From Picochlorum sp. SENEW3 (Eukaryota): a stretch of 64,000 nucleotides of DNA. The translations under genes and the position numbers were made by a program. Where the stretch lies: assembly GCA_034226945.1 (NCBI GenBank), contig CP120461.1, positions 558,001 through 622,000 on the forward strand, written 5' to 3'. The number at the start of each line of letters is the position of its first letter. Positions within the stretch are counted from its first letter, which is position 1. Below are positions 33,605-44,320 of this stretch, piece by piece. The notes under the pieces are model-generated. The model saw only the letters and a program-made list of their open reading frames with translations. It ran no database searches and had not been told where the DNA came from.

Positions 33605-35368
33605 ATGGCACTGGGTTGGTGTCTGCTGACTGGTAGGCTGCCTGGGTGGTCGCGGCAAGCCTTCAGGACACGTCTGCACGACTCGCTTGTTGTGTGCGGG
33701 CAAGGGAATGGAGAAAAGGGTCAGACCGTTACCATGAACGGGGCACACATTACACCAAAAAAGGGTGTTCGGTCAGGCTTTATTAAGCCTGATTCTGAAC
33801 TGAAGGGTCTGCTCCATCGAATTTATACAGAAGGCAATGACAGTGACGAGTCTGGAATACATGGAGATGGTTTCTCGAATGATGACACGTGTTGTGAGAG
33901 AGTCCAGAGGACATTGTTGACTGCACCTGTAAGAGGTATTCCAGTGTATGTAATGCTGCCACTGGATACGGTATGGCTGGCAGAAACAGAGGAAGGTATA
34001 CTGTCTGACAGTAATCAATTAAAAAGCGTTCTTATGAGAGAGAACGGTATAGAAGTGGGATTAGAAATGCTGAGGGCTTCCGGCGTTGAGGGAGTTATGG
34101 TTGACGTCTGGTGGGGCATTGCAGAGCATCAAGGTCCAGGATTGTATGATTTCTCCGCATATCGTCGATTATTTGAAAAGGTTGCATCCAAAGGGCTAAA
34201 GGTACAAGCAGTGATGAGTTTTCATGCTGCAGGCGGAAATGTTGGGGATACGTGCACCATACCCCTACCACCATGGGTGTATGATGCAGCTGAGATGGAC
34301 CCTGATATATTTTACACCGACGTAGATGGTTACAGGAACCCCGAGTATATTTCTCTGGGATGTGACGAAGAACCTTGCTTGTTTGGCAGGAGTCCAGTGC
34401 AAGCATACTCAGATTTTATCACTGCATTTGTTGATGAGTTCCACAGCCTGATGGGAGAGACAATCACCGAAATAACTGTTGGGCTTGGGCCAGCTGGAGA
34501 ACTGCGATATCCATCGTATCCAGAGGGGGATGGCCGGTGGCGTTTCCCTGGTGTGGGACAGTTTCAGTGTTTTGACAAGTACATGCTCGAGCGACTTCAG
34601 CATGCTGCAACAGAATATGGAAGACCAGAGTGGGGCCATGGTGGTCCTCATGATGCTGGTCACTATAACTCAAGAGAATGGGAAACAGGATTTTTTAGAA
34701 ATGACTTTGGAAGTTTTGAGACGGAATATGGAAAGTTTTTCTTGAAATGGTACTCAGAGGAATTAATTCAACATGCTGATAGAATTCTTGGGAGAGCAAA
34801 AGATATTCTATCGCAACCTGGACGGCCTAGAGCTATACAAGCAGTTCAAGAGGCGCCTGACGGTGGCAACCTGTATGTATTTGAGCCCTCTGCAAAGCTT
34901 AGTGTGAAACTTGCTGGAGTACATTGGTGGTTTAAGAGCAGAGCCCATGCAGCTGAATTAACAGCAGGATATTATAATACACGAGAAAGAGATGGATATA
35001 GCGAAATATTTAAAATGCTGGCAAAGTATTCTGTGGGTGTCTCATTCACGTGTGTCGAGATGAGAGATTGTGAGCATCCTCGAGAAGGTCTGTGTTCCCC
35101 AGAGGGACTCTTGAATCAAGTGTTAACGGCTGCTGCCAAATACAATGTCTCAGTTGCTGGAGAGAATGCTCTGCAGCGTTATGACGATTATGCATTTGAT
35201 AAAATAACTGAATCAGCCTTTGGTCAAAGCGCCATGGCTGGCAGAATGGATAGGCTCACATTTCTAAGAATGGGCGACATGATGGTGGACAACTGGGATG
35301 CCTTTGCAGCATTCATCAAGCGACTGACGTGTCCTCCAGATCATTGGCTAAATAGATCCCGCCCATGA
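33605..35368 (+). CDS. Beta-amylase (GH14), plastid
   Basis: VYVMLPLD, GVMVDVWWG, GPAGELRYPSY, FTCVEM, AGENAL. Confidence 0.95.
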   Translation: MALGWCLLTGRLPGWSRQAFRTRLHDSLVVCGQGNGEKGQTVTMNGAHITPKKGVRSGFIKPDSELKGLLHRIYTEGNDSDESGIHGDGFSNDDTCCERVQRTLLTAPVRGIPVYVMLPLDTVWLAETEEGILSDSNQLKSVLMRENGIEVGLEMLRASGVEGVMVDVWWGIAEHQGPGLYDFSAYRRLFEKVASKGLKVQAVMSFHAAGGNVGDTCTIPLPPWVYDAAEMDPDIFYTDVDGYRNPEYISLGCDEEPCLFGRSPVQAYSDFITAFVDEFHSLMGETITEITVGLGPAGELRYPSYPEGDGRWRFPGVGQFQCFDKYMLERLQHAATEYGRPEWGHGGPHDAGHYNSREWETGFFRNDFGSFETEYGKFFLKWYSEELIQHADRILGRAKDILSQPGRPRAIQAVQEAPDGGNLYVFEPSAKLSVKLAGVHWWFKSRAHAAELTAGYYNTRERDGYSEIFKMLAKYSVGVSFTCVEMRDCEHPREGLCSPEGLLNQVLTAAAKYNVSVAGENALQRYDDYAFDKITESAFGQSAMAGRMDRLTFLRMGDMMVDNWDAFAAFIKRLTCPPDHWLNRSRP

Positions 35369-35697
35369 TTCTTAGATATGTGATATGTACAAGTCATGTA
35401 CCATCGACTCTTTTTCCTTCCTCTTTTATGCTTGTATTTCTCCATTGTTTTGCGATTATAAAAGTAGAATGTCATAAGTACAATACGAGTTTTAAAATAA
35501 CAGTCATTTTTGTAACAAAAGATAGAGCAACTTGATTGCCCCAGTGATTACTGGGCCCTTTCTGTGAATCCCATCCACAGAGAAAGCAGAGAGTCCCATC
35601 ACCTGTACCCGATGCATGCCCATGTGATGCACAGTTCCCCTTTAAAACGCATTAAGTTCTGTTTAGATACCCAATAGATGCTCAAAATAAAAATACA

Positions 35698-36970
35698 ATG
35701 GACATTGTGGCAGTAGACGATTCAAAAAGTCGAGCGTTGACTACAGCAGCATCGACTTCGTCTTCTGGAAAGATAATATCGAAAGAACAGGTCCAATGGC
35801 TTCGAGAGCAACGTGAAAAGCATCGATATAAAACCATATGGACTAAGGACCCTCATGAAGGTCCATATAGAAAGGTCGGTATACTGTTGACGATTCGCTC
35901 GTGTTACTCCTTGGGTGACTTGTTTCTACTGCTTGTCCAACGTCTTCTCCTCCCAATACATTGATATTATGTGTCTTGCAGGCAAATGGAGGAAAAGGCA
36001 TCGACCCGTTCAAGGAAAACTTGGATGGATCCCTGAAAGAGGTGGGTTGCTCTGTAGTTACTGGTACATGTTGCTTGCTCATGAGGTTATGATATATCAA
36101 GCTTATACACGCACATACCTCAATATAGATACATGGATCTATGAATTTTCAAAGCAAATACTTATTTGTGCATGCATACTTGCCCATATGTAGGTGGAGT
36201 TGGGTTATGAGGTGGCAGAGGTTGGCCCCACATCAAACTTTGTTGGGAATCACATGACCCAGGGTGCGATCGACATGGTACAAGCATTGTTGAACATGAA
36301 GACAAATCTTTCAAAGGACAATGATGAGAAGGCATCGGGGCCGAGGTTGTTGAAACATGGGCAGGATGCGCCCAAGCAAGCACCTGTCGGGGATATCCCA
36401 TCCCAAACAACATTGGATATTGTCACCACGAATGATGCTGAGAAGATGACCATTCAGAGCAAAGATCACCAGAATAGTCTTTATAAGAGTCTAGATATCG
36501 TCGAATGGGACCAGGATGAAGACGCTGTGGTTATTATATTTCAGAGACCCTACTCTGAAGACGTCAGTGTCTCAATGTCTCTCTCAACAACCTTCACGGA
36601 GGGAAAAGTCACTGTCAGTTATCTCCTGACGACAAAAGATGGAATGAAAATCAAAGAATACCGGAAGGAAATCGACCCATTGTATAGGCAGATCGACCCT
36701 TCAAAGTCTGCATGCCATCTTGGTGGTGGAACACTTGATGAGATGAGAGCATCCCCCAATCTGGTGGGCCAATGCATCCCAGTGAGCCATTCTCACCCAA
36801 GTACTATGATTTGCTTGGTCCTTCACAAGCTTGAACCTCGCTGTGAATGGAAAGCACTGGAACAGGAATCGTCTCAACACACAGAAGGATCCTCACTCAG
36901 ACTCCCTCATGATTCCAGAAATAATCTGAAAGACCTCAAGTCTTTCATCCGAAGCAACAGGAAGAAGTAA
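35698..36970 (+). CDS. Hypothetical protein with a possible CS/p23-like domain; 3 exons inferred
   Basis: Exons near 35698-35874, 35982-36041, 36194-36970; EWDQDEDAVVI, LYRQIDPSKS, LHKLE..EWKALE pattern. Confidence 0.55.
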
Positions 36971-36996
36971 AATATTCAATGTAATAGTGTCATGCC

Positions 36997-38576
36997 ATGT
37001 ATCGGAATTCTCTGGCGAGTCTCGTTTGTAAAACGAATGTTTTGCCATATCGAACATTTTCTCTTTCCTATGCTAGCATCGCCATTTGCGATGATGCCAG
37101 GGCCAAATTGAAGGAAGTATATCGTAAAATTCACCCTGACCTATTTCATTCAAATAAACACGCCAGAGTACGTTTTATTCTTCGGTGGGGCAACAGTCAA
37201 ACAACCACTGGACCCTCAAGGTTTATTCTCTTGTGTTGAAAATGATGATCATGTGTTGAAAATATTTCTGGTCCAGGAGACGAATGAGAAGAGCTTCAAA
37301 CTCCTCCAAGATTATATAGCGAATGCAAATGCGGACGCGAGGGATAGAGGGGGATATGGAGGGCCCTATGACTTTGAATTTTATTCAAGTAGTACTGGAG
37401 ATGAGAAGATACAACTAACGCTGCCTGCACCGGTACGTGATGAGGGTGAGTGCTTTGTACGATTCATTCTATTCTATGATGATACTCTATTTGTATGGTA
37501 TATAGAGCCTGTCGTCACCATTGGCAACCAGACGAGGGTTGAACAAGCTCTTTGAAGCTATTGGTGTTGGTCTCCTGGAAGAGGAATCCGAGTGGGATTC
37601 ATCCACACATCAGAATATGCCGGTCTCTCTGAGAGAATTCATTCTTCGTGTGCATGATTTATATTTATCTGATTGTGCGGATAGTTCGAGTCCAGAGGTA
37701 GAGCTTCAGACTCTGCGGACAGCATTGCATTTTAGCAGGCGAATACAGGTGATTTTTGGAGAGGACGATGTGCGTACAAAAAGCACTCTGTTCAGAATTG
37801 ATCTGCTTCGTGCCTTGGTAGATATTATACCTCAGTGCCCCGAGAACATTTCCGGAACTTGCATTGGTTTTGGGAGTGGGTTTACAGTAGATAGGGCTGG
37901 TACTCTCTGGCTCAGGTGTGATGCCACATCAGATGAGTGGTTGCAGTTTATCCAAAGGATAGACATAGGAGCGTGCCATGACGCTATCGAGCGAAAACTA
38001 GCACTAAAAAAACTGGAATCTCAGGTTGCTGATGTGGCAGGAGTTGGGTCTGTGTACACGGATGCTGATGGGTATGCATCAGAGCAGTATGAGTCATTCC
38101 TTCAGACGCATCTCATGCAGGATAATGGTGGCATCTCCTCAAACAAGGAGTCATATCGTCAGTTTCCAGATGTTTGCGTGCATGTACATGTTTCTGAGGA
38201 TGATAGTTCATCTGCTTGTGGAGATGCATGGTGCAAAGATGGCGTTATCGTTGTTGACTCGAGGTTGTCAAAGGACTTGTACAAGACAGTTGCCTCGTTG
38301 GCACCGAAAGCAGCAGAGCAAGCGAGGAAAATCCGACATCATCAAGCACAAATAAAGGCTCTGATCAAACAGGTCGAAACAAAACTACGACTTCGACTGC
38401 TTTCAAAGGATCCAAATCTCGAGGACCACAAATTCAAAGCAGGGTGCAAAAAATTGCTCGAGCATGCATCTGAACTTTCACCACTCCTTGAAGGCTTGAA
38501 AATCAGAATAACAGAAACAAACGCCTATGTATCTGGAAGACAATGCGTTGATGTTTGCTGGTGTTTTAAATTATGA
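36997..38576 (+). CDS. TCAIM-like mitochondrial protein (DUF4460/DUF4461), 3 exons
   Basis: LKEVYRKIHPDLF...|ETNEKSFKLLQDY degenerate J-like domain. Confidence 0.8.
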
Positions 38577-38609
38577 ATGAAAATATTATTGTTAAACAAA
38601 CCAAGAAAT

Positions 38610-39833
38610 CTATTCTCTAATTGACTGGACAGATGTTGCATTGTACACCCTCCAAATGGTTTCTCCGAGCAAATTAGCGACAGACAACACAGTTAGTTCT
38701 TTGAACTGGTTCTCAGGAGCGACAGGTATTGTATTTGTCACAATAACTTCCTCGAAAACGCCACCGGACAGTCTCTCTATAGCAGGTGGAGAGAAGACAG
38801 CATGTGATGCACATGCATACACTTCACGAGCTCCTTCCTGCCTCAACACCTTTGCAGCATTTGTGATAGTTCCAGCTGTATCAATCATGTCATCAACAAG
38901 GACAGCTACCTTGCCTTTCACATCACCAATAATGTTCATGACCTCGCTCACATTATGGCTGCTCCTCCTCTTGTCAACAATGGCCAATGGAACATCATTC
39001 AATTTCTTGGCAAACGCTCGAGCCCTTGCCACACCCCCAACATCCGGGGACACAACCACCAAATCCCCAGTAGAAATTCTTTTCGATGCGAGGTAATCCA
39101 GAATAACAGCATCCCCATACACATGATCCACAGGAATGTCAAAATACCCCACACACTGCCCGCTGTGAAGGTCCATCGCCAAAACTCTATCAGCGCCAGC
39201 TTCTGTAAGAATATTTGCTGTCAATTTTGCAGCAATGGATTCCCTTCCTTGAGTCTTTCTGTCTGCGCGTGCGTATCCAAAGTATGGCAGCACAGCTGTG
39301 ATTGATCGCGCAGATGCTCGCCGACACGCATCCACCATAACCAGCAGCTCCATGAGATTATCATTCACTGGTGGGCATGTTGGCTGCACTAAAAACACAT
39401 CGCAACCTCTAATCGACTCGCCAACTTGCACATAAATCTCCCCATCAGCAAATCTCTTGATACGAATAGGTGACAGGTCCAGTCCCAGATAACACGCCAC
39501 CTCCTCCGCAAGAGCTCTATTCGATGTTCCCGAAAACACCCTCAGCTTATCTTTGATATAGTTGCCCTCCCGAGGAAACACAGCAGTCGCACTTCGCATC
39601 GTCTGCTCCCAACTTTCATTCTGAAGAACAGGCCTCTCCCCCCCACTCTTTGACACGTCAAAATTGGCGGCTGAGCACACCATCACTCCTCCTACAACCT
39701 TTCGACCACTTTCTCTGAAACTGCGCTGCCACATCCTACCCTCACCGCGGCGAGAACAGTGAACCCTCCCCGTCACACCGCCGGTACTCGAGCTCGGCGC
39801 CAATGCGCTCTGTTGCAGCCGTAAACACTTCAT
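38610..39833 (-). CDS. PRS: Ribose-phosphate pyrophosphokinase (class I), plastid
   Basis: FADGEIYV, PYFGYARADRK, VSPDVGGV, VDDMIDTAGT. Confidence 0.95.
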   Translation of the reverse strand: MKCLRLQQSALAPSSSTGGVTGRVHCSRRGEGRMWQRSFRESGRKVVGGVMVCSAANFDVSKSGGERPVLQNESWEQTMRSATAVFPREGNYIKDKLRVFSGTSNRALAEEVACYLGLDLSPIRIKRFADGEIYVQVGESIRGCDVFLVQPTCPPVNDNLMELLVMVDACRRASARSITAVLPYFGYARADRKTQGRESIAAKLTANILTEAGADRVLAMDLHSGQCVGYFDIPVDHVYGDAVILDYLASKRISTGDLVVVSPDVGGVARARAFAKKLNDVPLAIVDKRRSSHNVSEVMNIIGDVKGKVAVLVDDMIDTAGTITNAAKVLRQEGAREVYACASHAVFSPPAIERLSGGVFEEVIVTNTIPVAPENQFKELTVLSVANLLGETIWRVYNATSVQSIRE

Positions 39834-40424
39834 CTTGGATATAATATCTAAAAATATGGTGAATGTCTATCTCAGAGTACGAAAATAAACTTCAATCTCG
39901 TATACTTTTGACCAAGTTCACGTGGACGGGTGCATGACAATGAACTGAAACTGTGTACGCAACCCTTCCGTCCGTGTCAACGTATACCTAGGTGTAGGAC
40001 AATATATGATGAATAAATTGTGGTACGGCCGCGGATATCTGTCCGTGGTTGGCATGTTTGCTCGGCCAATTTTCAAACGCAGACTTCCTTGATTTGAATA
40101 TTATGTATTCAACTTGATCAATCAATTCGTACGGTCGTGCGTTGATTGGATGGGTGGTACAGTACAAGAGCAACACGGTAGGCTATGTTGTCGGCTCACA
40201 AGCCCTTTTGTAGGCAAAGAACCAGTAGATGGTATTCAGAATTGGATATAGTGGGTGTATGGGAGGTGTGATCGTACCAAGATGGACGCTCTTTGTGTTT
40301 GTTCCCAGGTGGACAACTTGGTGTTGGCGCTGTGAAGGATATGAATGCGTCGATGACGGTATTTTACGAATAGAATTTATTATTGAGGTCTGATACAACG
40401 TATGATACAAGGGATTGGGAGGGA

Positions 40425-42938
40425 ATGAAGAGTTGGTTGAAAAAGACGGTTTCCCTTGGGAGGAAGAAGAAGGAGGGCAGCGAGTTGGTCGCCCCGACGC
40501 CAGAACGGGGGTTACTGGGGGAGAACAATGATCTATCGTCTGCTATATCTCCAGTGCGCTTGGACTTGGACAAGGCTGATGGGAGCAAATCGTCAAAGGA
40601 GAAGAGTGGTGGGAGACAGGAGGTGGTGAAGAAGCCTGATGAGGCCAACAGGTCTCGCCAGGCTTCAAAGAATGCCAAGCAGAGGCCCGAGTCTTCATCT
40701 CATCGGCGTCAACGCCATCAAACTTCATCTTCTTCTGGGGCACAGCGGCAGTCAAAAGGGGCTCAGCAATCCTCGTATCATAAGGCCTCGTCACATGATA
40801 TTAATATGGCTGCATCAGCATTACAGGGTCAAAAATTTCATGTCAGTGATACCAGCCAAAAAGGTGCAGAGAGTAGCGTCGGAAATCAGATATCGAACAC
40901 TGCTGGGCAGCGATCAGCTTTATCGTCATCCCAGAATGCTCCATCATATCTGACATCATCTCTGCAGTCGACGTCAAATTCTGTTGTTCAGTTTGAGAGC
41001 GATGCTGAACTTGCACGGCGTGTTGCAGAGGAAGAGAGGGCATACTATTCATCTATTCAAACAAGCGTAGCCCATGCTACTTCGGGGCAGCATGGGCTCA
41101 ATTCGTCTCAGCTACCAGATATACATTTGGCTCGAGCATTGGCTGACTCGCAGTATGCAGCTCGACAGGCTGATGCATTGTCCAAGACACGGGAATCTGT
41201 CTATGAAGCAGCTGTGAGTAAAGCTATGGAGGAATCGATTGCTACAGTAGATTATGATAAATTGCTTCGAGATATAAAGATGTGGACTATTGATTTGTCA
41301 GCTGCATCTGATGATGTTGTGAGCGCCCTGTCCATGGTATCCAAGAGAAGAAAGGAACTTGGATCTAAACTAGACAAAGCATTAGAAAAAGGTGACACCC
41401 ATCGCGTCGCTAAAATGTTATGGGAGGAAGAAAAGTTGCCAGAAATACAAGATCGAATTGAAAATCTCCAGGAGAATATGGTTCCAATCGCCATTGCTGT
41501 ATCCGACTTGGAATCACTTCGCGAGAAGGTCATGTCAGCCAAAACTCCCATTGGTGAGAGCCAAAAAGAGCGTGATGAGATTATAGAAAACTTGTTCAGG
41601 AGCTTGAGGAATATGAAGTTGGATTGGTCAAATCCCAGAGCTACTGAAGAATATGATATTCAGACGTCGGAGGACTGCAAGGACTCTTCAGATTTGAGGG
41701 AACTGATTGCGTCCCTTGTGGATGATGCTCGAAGGATTCCTAGAATTCCAGATAAAGTCTTGGGAGAAGCCGAGGCGATGGTTCGTGATACATTTGCCGA
41801 ATACGAAGCATCTGTTGATCTGGACGAGTCTGTTGAGAAATCAGATAGCCAGAATAAGGTGTGCAGTCTAGATGAGGAGGCACACGGTGCTCCGAGTGAA
41901 TGCAAAACGGAAATCAGCTCAACACCTACAGAAATGCAGCAACTCGTGGAAAGAAATATAAGCAGCTCTGCAGAAGTATTAGAAGCCCCGTTACGGAATT
42001 CAAGCAACAGAGACGAGTTGGAGAAGATGAAGAACACAAATGCCTCTGTTGCAAAGGTGAAACCTCGAGCAGCAACGGTGCCTCAACCTTTCAATTTGTC
42101 AAAATCTAGGAAGAAAAGAAACAATGCTAAGGCAGTATCAAAAACGGAATGGCCAATTCGACGAGTGCCTGCATTTTTCACCCTTCATCACGAGATTTTG
42201 ACAGATAGAGGCATTGTCAACCAGACGGTGGACTGGGAAAGCAGGGAATATGTTGTGGAATCGGCTTCGAGTCAGTATCACACAATTCCAGCTCCAGTAA
42301 ATGTTGATGAGTTTTATAGTGAGGATACGTACGAACTAGTGGATTACGTGAAAAAACATGCAAGATCATTTGGGGATCAACCTCTGGCTGCCAATATTCC
42401 CAGCGGCTCCAAGCATGAAGAGAAATGGTATGCCATGTGCGAAGTTGCAGGCGCGATTGAAACCCTGGAGTCAGCTTCAGAGCAGTTTTTGACGTGGAAT
42501 GTCGACAGTTCTGAAAATATAACAGAATCATGCCATGCATTGAAAGCCTTAGTAACTCAGACTCTGTCAATCATTGCAGACACAGCGTACGCACACGATA
42601 CGCTCCGGCTCACAATGAAAAAGCACAAACTTCCATGGAATGAGAAGTTGATTTCACAAGTCCGATGGGATGCACAGCACGCAGCATTTGTGATAATGAG
42701 GGCAGCATTGGACTGTGCTGACGAAGCTGAAAGAAAACGAGGAGCATTCAAGCGACAAAAGAACGTGTTAAAACCTCTTGGGCAAGCAGTTATTGCTACG
42801 TTTTCTGTACACCAGTTATCAGGTGGCTTTGGAGGCGAGGCTGCTCAAATTTGTGACGAACTTGTGGATTTAACTGTGCATTATGCTCGGCTATTGGATC
42901 CAAAATGGTTTAGAGGGACGAAAGTCGTCCGCTCATAG
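40425..42938 (+). CDS. CHUP1/IPGA1-like C-terminal domain protein with UIM-like and TPX2-like motifs
   Basis: IRRVPAFFTLH and FSVHQLSGGF resemble CHUP1 RRVPEVVEFY and FRVHQFAGGF; long intact ORF. Confidence 0.6.
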   Translation: MKSWLKKTVSLGRKKKEGSELVAPTPERGLLGENNDLSSAISPVRLDLDKADGSKSSKEKSGGRQEVVKKPDEANRSRQASKNAKQRPESSSHRRQRHQTSSSSGAQRQSKGAQQSSYHKASSHDINMAASALQGQKFHVSDTSQKGAESSVGNQISNTAGQRSALSSSQNAPSYLTSSLQSTSNSVVQFESDAELARRVAEEERAYYSSIQTSVAHATSGQHGLNSSQLPDIHLARALADSQYAARQADALSKTRESVYEAAVSKAMEESIATVDYDKLLRDIKMWTIDLSAASDDVVSALSMVSKRRKELGSKLDKALEKGDTHRVAKMLWEEEKLPEIQDRIENLQENMVPIAIAVSDLESLREKVMSAKTPIGESQKERDEIIENLFRSLRNMKLDWSNPRATEEYDIQTSEDCKDSSDLRELIASLVDDARRIPRIPDKVLGEAEAMVRDTFAEYEASVDLDESVEKSDSQNKVCSLDEEAHGAPSECKTEISSTPTEMQQLVERNISSSAEVLEAPLRNSSNRDELEKMKNTNASVAKVKPRAATVPQPFNLSKSRKKRNNAKAVSKTEWPIRRVPAFFTLHHEILTDRGIVNQTVDWESREYVVESASSQYHTIPAPVNVDEFYSEDTYELVDYVKKHARSFGDQPLAANIPSGSKHEEKWYAMCEVAGAIETLESASEQFLTWNVDSSENITESCHALKALVTQTLSIIADTAYAHDTLRLTMKKHKLPWNEKLISQVRWDAQHAAFVIMRAALDCADEAERKRGAFKRQKNVLKPLGQAVIATFSVHQLSGGFGGEAAQICDELVDLTVHYARLLDPKWFRGTKVVRS

Positions 42939-42953
42939 CATGTAAATTACACA

Positions 42954-43646
42954 TTAAACAATATTCCATCGCTGCTCGAGCGCATTTGTAATCCTGCTGA
43001 GAGCATAGGCTGCACTTAGAGGATATTCTGAGATACTAATGTATTCATCCACGAGTCCTTCATCAATCTTGCCGTGTGAGAATGCTCCTACGATGAATAC
43101 CAACGGCTCAGTCTTATCTATTGCTGGGTGTACATGCATCGGTATCACTTTATTTGCCGACCTCGAGAACCCAATGCGATGAGCACCAGATGGAAGATGG
43201 CGCCCAACAGGTCCCTTGATCACTTTCAACAGCTTGTCTGGACCATTCGTTGCCCTGATGCTCAATTTTTGCAACAGTTGCATCATTAATCCGGCAAATC
43301 TTTTGTATGTCCTTGGCAAACGCACCTGCGTATTCACCTGGATCAACACATTCTTAAAAGTATGCACAAATATACCCTTCACTTTCCCAGCCTTGTTGGC
43401 CGGGCTATCTAATATTGTCAACAATGCCTGGTGGGCGATATCGGGTCTATAATGTGCTGGATCCTTGCCATGCTTCTTCAGAAAGCTATAATGATCATCG
43501 CAATTTAGTAAATCGTATCCCTTGCCAACCTTGGCGACTTCAAGAGTGGCCTGCTCCAAAACAAAATAGACTCCTTGCTTCTCAGCTTCCTCCTGAGCTC
43601 TCTCATCCTCAATATCAGTAATTTCTATTCCACCTGTTGCAGGCAT
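42954..43646 (-). CDS. EMG1: 18S rRNA pseudouridine methyltransferase NEP1/EMG1
   Basis: LLNCDDH, RPDIAHQALL, RLPRTYKRFAGL, VGAFSHG, YPLSAA. Confidence 0.95.
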   Translation of the reverse strand: MPATGGIEITDIEDERAQEEAEKQGVYFVLEQATLEVAKVGKGYDLLNCDDHYSFLKKHGKDPAHYRPDIAHQALLTILDSPANKAGKVKGIFVHTFKNVLIQVNTQVRLPRTYKRFAGLMMQLLQKLSIRATNGPDKLLKVIKGPVGRHLPSGAHRIGFSRSANKVIPMHVHPAIDKTEPLVFIVGAFSHGKIDEGLVDEYISISEYPLSAAYALSRITNALEQRWNIV

Positions 43647-44015
43647 TTTCTCTTCTACTTCCCTTCTGGTTTACCGTGGCAGATGGCTCTCCAACATGCA
43701 TGGAGTTATGAAACTCAACCTTTCGAGCACAGATGGAAGCTCGCAAATACGATTCCCACGTATCAGTATGAATTCAACAATTATAAATTTTTAAAATTTG
43801 GGTCATCTGGGGAATGCATCATCGTGAACAATCAAATTTTGCAAATGTACACTTGAATGCTTATATTCTCAAATACGGACTTCTAGTGTCGAGATAATAC
43901 CACCGTGCAACTACTCTGTGAGGCATTAAATCATTTCTATATTGCTTATTTATGCCATAGAAATGTCGAAGTAAACACTCACCCTCTATTGTGAGAAGAA
44001 AGAATAGAAGCTTAC

Positions 44016-44307
44016 ATGTGGCAGGCAGTGGCTGGAATTTTGGCAGCCTCAGTCAGTCTTGCGGCGTTTCAGATGGTATATGAGAATTATTCGAAATCTC
44101 TGAGGGATTCTAAAACATCAGATAAGGTGGCTCAGATTGAAGCCGGACTAGAGAAGGACAAGAGTGGTGAGTTTTGTGTTGTATAGTCTTGCTGTATTTT
44201 CTGATTCATCAGTACTGTGGTTGATGTCAGCGATGTATGGCACAGGAACTCACACAAAGAAGTGGAAGGCACCGCTGTGGAAACTTGGTAGTAAGTTGAG
44301 GAAATAA
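44016..44307 (+). CDS. Small (~75 aa) protein with an N-terminal hydrophobic helix; exons 44016-44166 and 44231-44307; absent from the ORF track
   Basis: MWQAVAGILAASVSLAAFQMVYENYSKSLRDSKTSDKVAQIEAGLEKDKS|AMYGTGTHTKKWKAPLWKLGSKLRK*; consensus GTGAGT donor and CAG acceptor keep the frame. Confidence 0.6.
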
Positions 44308-44320
44308 AAAGAAGTAGAGA

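Noticed and set aside
35539..35586. Two adjacent small hairpins after the beta-amylase gene
   Set aside because: Short stems that match no RNA family I recognise; could be chance
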